A DNA stretch of 64,000 nucleotides from Candidatus Latescibacterota bacterium (GTDB lineage: Bacteria > Latescibacterota > UBA2968): the NCBI GenBank assembly GCA_965222605.1, contig OZ244960.1, forward strand, positions 736,001 to 800,000, in the 5' to 3' direction. The position numbers and the translations under genes are program-made. Shown here one piece after another: positions 58,712 through 64,000 of the stretch. Position 1 is the stretch's first letter, and each line of letters begins with the position of its first letter. The notes under the pieces are model-generated. The model made no database searches. It was not told where the DNA came from and worked only from the letters and a program-made list of their open reading frames with translations.

Positions 58712-59509
58712 TCAGAAACTAATCGCAGCACTCACTATCTGCACGGGATCGGCAAAAGAAGTGTTGAAATGCTTGAACGCATAATCAATGCGAACGCCTT
58801 TCCCGGCCTCGGTTTTGTAATCAATACCGCCGCCGAACGAATAATCTTCCAGATCGTGATTGTGCTTATACCCACCGCGCAGGGCAAAACCCATCGCAGA
58901 GGTCGCGTACTTAAACCGGTATTCCAGCCCCACAAGCGTGCGCTCGTCGAAATCTATCGGACTGTCGATCTCTGTGGCGAGATTCAGATGATGCGGCGCA
59001 GGGGTTCGGCCAGCCATCGAAATTAGATCAAAGACAAAACCCAGACGGAATGACCGGGGCAACTCGAAATGCTCGCGCTGAAACTGAGACTCCCCTCCCG
59101 GACTGAAATTCCGCACACTCATAGCAATCACCAGATTCCGGAATCCCGTATTGAAATAGGTGCCGATATCCACGGCAAAAGCATTGAGATCATTTGACTG
59201 CGTTTGCCGATTGCCAGCGACAAAGACCTCACTCGATCCCAGACCCTGATGTGCATAACGCGCCATTGCCCCCACCGAGAATCGGTCGGTAATCTGAAAA
59301 CCCCAGCCTGCGGACAGGGCGTAATTCGTCGTAGTAAATGTACCCGTCTCAGTAAATCCCTGGCTGGCTGGGTCGGGATTGATCGCAGTGCCGTTGATCT
59401 CTCCCGCATTGTGCGTGATAAAGCCCACGCCAAAGGTACCCGGTGCATTTGGAATTTTGAAAGCCGCGCCAGCAACCTGGTGATTCGTTTCAAAAATCCA
59501 TTTGGCATG
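58712..59509 (-). pseudogene. 5'-truncated PorV/PorQ-family outer-membrane barrel
   Basis: Frame opens after a TAG at HAKWIFETNH with no start codon or signal peptide; AFAVDIGT, MSVRNF, LPRSFRLG, IDYAF and terminal F are PorV-like. Confidence 0.72.
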
Positions 59510-59636
59510 CTATGGACTCTAATTCCCATTGTCAAGCGGAAGTTTGCCCGTTATCTTATGGAAAAAAAGGGATTTATAAATATCGTATGCTCATTTATAA
59601 CCCCGCGAAATCCACCCTTAAATAGGTCCTCATAAA

Positions 59637-61187
59637 ATGAAACTCTCCAACATCAACACCACCGACATCACCGACGCAATCCGCCTGGGCTGTCGAATGA
59701 TGAGCAATGTCTTCAACGCAGACGACAACGACATTCCCTTTTTCGGTTCCGAAGTCAGACCGAACCCACAATTGCGGTTTAGCGGTGTCCACTCCGAGTC
59801 GCACGTGCCCGGTCGACACCTCAACGCATTGCTCAACGCCGAAGACGCGGGCGGCATATCTGTGGATCCCGATGCAATCGAAAAACACGCCAACGCCGCG
59901 TTCTTCTCTTACAGTGGCCCGGTCGCGCTACCCCTCAACCGCATGGAGATCGATGGACCGGCCAACAGTTTCACAACCCACAACGTGCGCGAGGGTTTCC
60001 ACGCCCTGTACTCGCTGGTTAAGTACAGAAATTCCGATCGTGCGAGAGAAATTGCAGAGAACAGCATCCGAGACATATTCGAACTATTCAACCCGGACTC
60101 GGGTTGGGACTTCAATCGCCTTGAGAATGAACACGGCATAGAAGTGCGCGAAAATACCTTTATCACAGGCATCGCGCGATCAATCGGTCCCCTGGTCAAA
60201 TACTACCGCGCCACGGGCTACGGGCCTGCACTCGAACTCGCCGTAATCCTGCAGGAAAAAACGACCCGCGAATTTTTCCTCGAATCGGGTGCTTATGACC
60301 GCGAGAGCTTCGGAACGCATACCCATTCGACGACATGCGTCATGTCTTCGCTCGCACAACTCGCAGACCTTCTCGATGACGCGCGATTGCTCAATCGGGT
60401 CAAGGCATTTTACGACAATGGACTATGGGAAATTCGCGATGAAATTGGATGGGTAATCGAGAATAGTGGAGATGATGCGAGTCCCGATCGCGGAGAGATC
60501 AACAACACGGGCGATATTGTCGAAACAGCCCTGATTCTGGGCAGGAAAGGATATACTGAATACTTTGAAGACGCCGAGCGCATCACGCGATGTCACATTC
60601 TGCCTTCGCAATTGCGCGACAACAGTTTCATCGAAAACCCGCCGAATCCCAATAACATAGACGGGCTTCGCCAGGTCGCAGACCGGCATCTCGGCGGCTT
60701 TGGCTTCCCCGCACCTTATGGTCACGCGCCGCTCGACTTTGAGCGGATCAGTTTCAATACGGACATCGTAGGCGGGGGTGTCGGCTCACTCTGCGAAGTC
60801 CTGCGCGAAGCCGTACGCACCGAATCTTCGATCCACCGGGTGAATCTCCATTTCGATCTCGAAACCGACCATATCAAGGTCGAGTCACCCTACACAAATG
60901 ACTGCCTGCGAATCACCGTCAAATCCCCTGGCCCTCTGTATGTCCGCATCCCAACCTGGGTCGATCCGTCCGATATCGCCATAGCCGACCGCCTCACCTG
61001 CTCCAATGGCTATCTCTTAATCTCCGAACCCCAGATCAACACCCCCATCGAAATACGCTTCCCTCTCACCGAGCGCGAAATCGTATTGAAACACCGCACG
61101 CGGGACATCAGAGTGCGCCTGAAAGGAGACTCAGTGCTCGCAATGGAAAATCACGACGCTGATCTGACTTATTTCGATCCTCTATAA
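59637..61187 (+). CDS. Hypothetical protein, probable (alpha/alpha)6 fold, GH127-like
   Basis: Long ORF with HVPGR, GTHTHST and C-terminal LYVRIPTW beta-sandwich motif typical of GH127/GH146-like proteins. Confidence 0.55.
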   Translation: MKLSNINTTDITDAIRLGCRMMSNVFNADDNDIPFFGSEVRPNPQLRFSGVHSESHVPGRHLNALLNAEDAGGISVDPDAIEKHANAAFFSYSGPVALPLNRMEIDGPANSFTTHNVREGFHALYSLVKYRNSDRAREIAENSIRDIFELFNPDSGWDFNRLENEHGIEVRENTFITGIARSIGPLVKYYRATGYGPALELAVILQEKTTREFFLESGAYDRESFGTHTHSTTCVMSSLAQLADLLDDARLLNRVKAFYDNGLWEIRDEIGWVIENSGDDASPDRGEINNTGDIVETALILGRKGYTEYFEDAERITRCHILPSQLRDNSFIENPPNPNNIDGLRQVADRHLGGFGFPAPYGHAPLDFERISFNTDIVGGGVGSLCEVLREAVRTESSIHRVNLHFDLETDHIKVESPYTNDCLRITVKSPGPLYVRIPTWVDPSDIAIADRLTCSNGYLLISEPQINTPIEIRFPLTEREIVLKHRTRDIRVRLKGDSVLAMENHDADLTYFDPL

Positions 61188-62426
61188 ACTCTGAGGTGAG
61201 CCTCGGCGCAGCGTCAACCGCAGGTAGTCCTCGGTCGCCTCGAATTCCGGGTCAACGCCGTTTTGCGCCCGCATCAGCGGAATGATCTTGTTCCGCACCC
61301 CCATGCCGCGCGCATCGGAATAGCTGTAATCCCGCAACGTCTCGGAGATGAGCAAATTTCGGGGAATGCGCTGCCCGGCCACCATTTTTTCGACCGTCAT
61401 ACCGTTTTGCAGCGCGCCGGGGCTTGTAATCTCTATGCGGTCTGCGTAACGGACCACCTCGATTTGCTCGTACCGCGTCCAGTCCCGATGCGTGAGCGCG
61501 TTGACAATGCCTTCGCGAAGCGCGTCCAGTGGATAATGCCAACGCCGTTCCCGGCGCATGGACTCATCTACCTGGCTGGCCTCCTCAGACACAAACGGCC
61601 GCATCGCATCGGCAAGGCGTTCAATGAGACCCTTTTCCACAAGTTCACGTCCCCCCGACAGTACCCGCCAGAGATCGACGAGCGGTCCTTCAATCACTTG
61701 ATCGTCAAGAGCCTCATAAGTCTTTTCCTCCCCATCGAAACACATCCAGCGGATGCCGGCATGGCGCAACAGGCGTCGCGGTCGATAACCGAACAAAATC
61801 AACCCGGCAATCGTACAGGCGGGCGGGCCATCCTCTCGCTCAACCATAAATCCCAACGCGCAAAGCCGCTCGTTCCAGGCCTCATCGGTCTGCGGTACAT
61901 CTCGATCTTCGACAATAGCCGTGAGATAATCCGCCAGTCGTTCCCTGCTCAAATCGCTAAGGCCACTGCCGGAAACCGGCAATAACTCTGTGTGAATCAA
62001 ACCCCCAGCAGCGAAAAGCCGCGCTTGTTGCTCGCGCGAAGCCAGCCGAGACGTACTGCCGATCCGTATGTAAATATCTTCCCTGCCGCGATACCGCACG
62101 ACATAGGGTTTGGTGGCACCTTGCATAACGGTAATGACCGCGACACGGCGTACATCGTCTATTGGAACTTCCTCGTAGAACGGCAATATCATTGGATGCA
62201 CCACGCGACCAAACACGGAATCCATCACCCAACGCTCGAGATGATCTCTCTGTATGCCGGTGATGGAACTGTCGTCTTCCACGCCGAGAAGGACGCGCCC
62301 CCCCTGAAAGTTAGCGAGTGCCACCACCTCCCTCGCGAGTTGCTCTGGGCGCAAATCATCCCGCTTGAACTCTACCCCAGAGTTCTCGCCTCCTGCTATC
62401 AGTTCGAGAAGTTCCGAACGTTTCAT
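61182..62426 (-). CDS. AlbA_2 (Schlafen-like) domain protein with RecG-C/HATPase-like domain
   Basis: GENSGVEFK, ALANFQGG..LLGVED, REGIVNALTHRD, ITSPG, RN. Confidence 0.85.
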   Translation of the reverse strand: MKRSELLELIAGGENSGVEFKRDDLRPEQLAREVVALANFQGGRVLLGVEDDSSITGIQRDHLERWVMDSVFGRVVHPMILPFYEEVPIDDVRRVAVITVMQGATKPYVVRYRGREDIYIRIGSTSRLASREQQARLFAAGGLIHTELLPVSGSGLSDLSRERLADYLTAIVEDRDVPQTDEAWNERLCALGFMVEREDGPPACTIAGLILFGYRPRRLLRHAGIRWMCFDGEEKTYEALDDQVIEGPLVDLWRVLSGGRELVEKGLIERLADAMRPFVSEEASQVDESMRRERRWHYPLDALREGIVNALTHRDWTRYEQIEVVRYADRIEITSPGALQNGMTVEKMVAGQRIPRNLLISETLRDYSYSDARGMGVRNKIIPLMRAQNGVDPEFEATEDYLRLTLRRGSPQSL

Positions 62427-62553
62427 TGATCTAATCCTCAGTCTTTCGTAGCCTAAAACTGGACTATCCCTGACACAACTCCGTTATCATCGCCGTATTT
62501 TCCCCGATCTGGTCATTGAATTTTTGATATATACCCACCAGAAAAATATCATT

Positions 62554-63276
62554 TTAATAACGCCAGTCTTCATGAGCGAGCGGTGCGCGGTTGAGCACGT
62601 CTCGATGCAAGTGCCACTGAGGCATGAACGTATCCATCAGATCCCGAAACCGATCGTTATGGCTCGGCTCAATCAAATGTACCATCTCGTGTACAAGGAT
62701 GTACGCCAAACACATAGTCGGCTTTTTGGCGAGTTCCAGATTTACCCAGATACGTCTATCTTCCACATTGCATGACCCCCAGCGGGTCTTCATCTTTTTG
62801 ATGCGAACCTCGGCAACCTTCACACCTATTTTTTCTTCCCATTTGGCGAGGAGTGGAGGCAGTTGATCGCGGAGATGGCGGCGATACCAGCGATGAAATA
62901 TCGCTTCCCGGGCGTCTCGATTATCCCCCGGACGAATGCGTAATACCAGTGTCGAATTGTTAAGCAGATGCACACCCGGGCGACCATCGTGTTCAATCAC
63001 GTTGAGCCGATAGCGTCGCCCCCCAAAGTAATGGCTCTCCCCAGTCACGAACTCCCGCTGGGATTGGCGATCCTGCTGCTCAAATTCCGCCTGTTTCCGC
63101 CGAATCCATCCCATGCGCGAAATCACAGCCAGCCTTATGGCATCATCATCGAGGCGCATCGGAGCAGCCACCCGCACCCGACCGCCGGGTGGGTACACGC
63201 CCACATGGAGATTCTTGATATCCTTGCGGACGACCTCTACCGGTATCCCTCCTATGTCGATGCGATGGCCTTCCAC
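62554..63276 (-). CDS. YgjP/DUF45 (M48/SprT-like) metal-dependent hydrolase associated with type I R-M
   Basis: MKTRWGSC and VHEMVH..H motifs. Confidence 0.9.
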   Translation of the reverse strand: MEGHRIDIGGIPVEVVRKDIKNLHVGVYPPGGRVRVAAPMRLDDDAIRLAVISRMGWIRRKQAEFEQQDRQSQREFVTGESHYFGGRRYRLNVIEHDGRPGVHLLNNSTLVLRIRPGDNRDAREAIFHRWYRRHLRDQLPPLLAKWEEKIGVKVAEVRIKKMKTRWGSCNVEDRRIWVNLELAKKPTMCLAYILVHEMVHLIEPSHNDRFRDLMDTFMPQWHLHRDVLNRAPLAHEDWRY

Positions 63277-63277
63277 C

Positions 63278-64000
63278 TCAGTAGTCCCGTTGATTCTTCA
63301 CAATCGCGAAGATCTGCTCCGCGAGGTTTTCGTCGTCGAGTTCTGACTTGATTGCGTTGCGAACCTCGCGTTCCTTGAATCTGTTTCCCCGCCAGTCTGC
63401 CTTCTTCACACTGCGAATGGCGCGATCTATGGCAAGTGCCTTCGCCTCTTTGAGATCCACAAGTGGCTCGGCGTCGTAAGATAGCGTTGGACCTCGCACC
63501 TGCAAGTTGTCGAAAAGTGCCCGCAATGCGGCACTGTCGATGCTGGAAGGATAGGAAGACTGCGTCTGCGGATTACTAACCTTCTCGGTCAGGGCGACGA
63601 TCCTGGACAAGTAATCCTTGTAGTCTATTGCCTCTTGCTTGCGCTGCAGGATCAGAGCATCCAGCAACTCCGACATCTTCTCGTAGTACCTGGGGTTGAC
63701 CGCCATCTCGTCGATAATGAGTCGCCGCACATTGTTCACAATCGTCTCGGCTATCGCTTCGGGATTCTTTCGGATGCCCTCGGGTAGCGCATCCACCGCT
63801 GCATCGCCGCGCTCGACAATCAGTTCCACAAGTGTTAGATCGTCAAATGTCGAAAGCTCCTCACTCTCCTCTGCGCGGATGTACGTATCGAGCAGGTGCC
63901 GCATCGCTGGTTCGTACATCTTCAGATTGATATAGTCGCCGCTGGCGAGCTTGACCTCCTCGCGTACCTTTTCGTAATGCCCCACTTCGGCCTTAATCTC
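63278..64000 (-). CDS. hsdR: C-terminal part of type I restriction enzyme subunit R (cut by window edge)
   Basis: YEPAMRHLLDTYIRA, AETI.NNVRR, NPRYYEKMS, DWRGN..K motifs; immediately upstream of a YgjP-type gene. Confidence 0.8.
   Translation of the reverse strand, partial: EIKAEVGHYEKVREEVKLASGDYINLKMYEPAMRHLLDTYIRAEESEELSTFDDLTLVELIVERGDAAVDALPEGIRKNPEAIAETIVNNVRRLIIDEMAVNPRYYEKMSELLDALILQRKQEAIDYKDYLSRIVALTEKVSNPQTQSSYPSSIDSAALRALFDNLQVRGPTLSYDAEPLVDLKEAKALAIDRAIRSVKKADWRGNRFKEREVRNAIKSELDDENLAEQIFAIVKNQRDY

Noticed and set aside
1-64000. CRISPR array
   Set aside because: No run of equal-length short direct repeats with unique spacers was seen, and no cas genes.

Overview
Bacterial chromosomal window, most consistent with an FCB-superphylum organism of the Latescibacterota/Gemmatimonadota type (inferred from PorU/PorV-like genes, DUF6785-type membrane protein, PhyH, and dockerin/EF-hand-tailed secreted proteins). 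Left to right: (1) a surface-glycan operon containing a large C25/PorU-like protein (1-10734); (2) a convergent peptide-export cluster on the minus strand: a double-glycine-leader substrate gene, an intact IS4 element, a secreted M16 peptidase pair, a frameshifted Zn-finger gene, a cNMP-C39-ABC transporter, HlyD and a PpiC foldase (10735-22249); (3) ordinary catabolic and housekeeping genes, tRNA-Thr(CGT) and two MNT-HEPN loci; (4) the most unusual region, 42.2-57.5 kb. There a sigma54-type promoter precedes a 1174-aa secreted Ig/FN3/dockerin protein with an NPP1/Vps62-like core. It is followed by an 11.5-kb array of five start-less copies of that gene's 3' end alternating with seven variable paralogous envelope-protein genes of two related families, an architecture resembling an inverted polymorphic toxin / poly-immunity or cassette-switching locus; (5) a 5'-truncated porV-like gene and the tail of a type I restriction-modification defence locus. 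All calls come from motif recognition by eye; no database searches were run.
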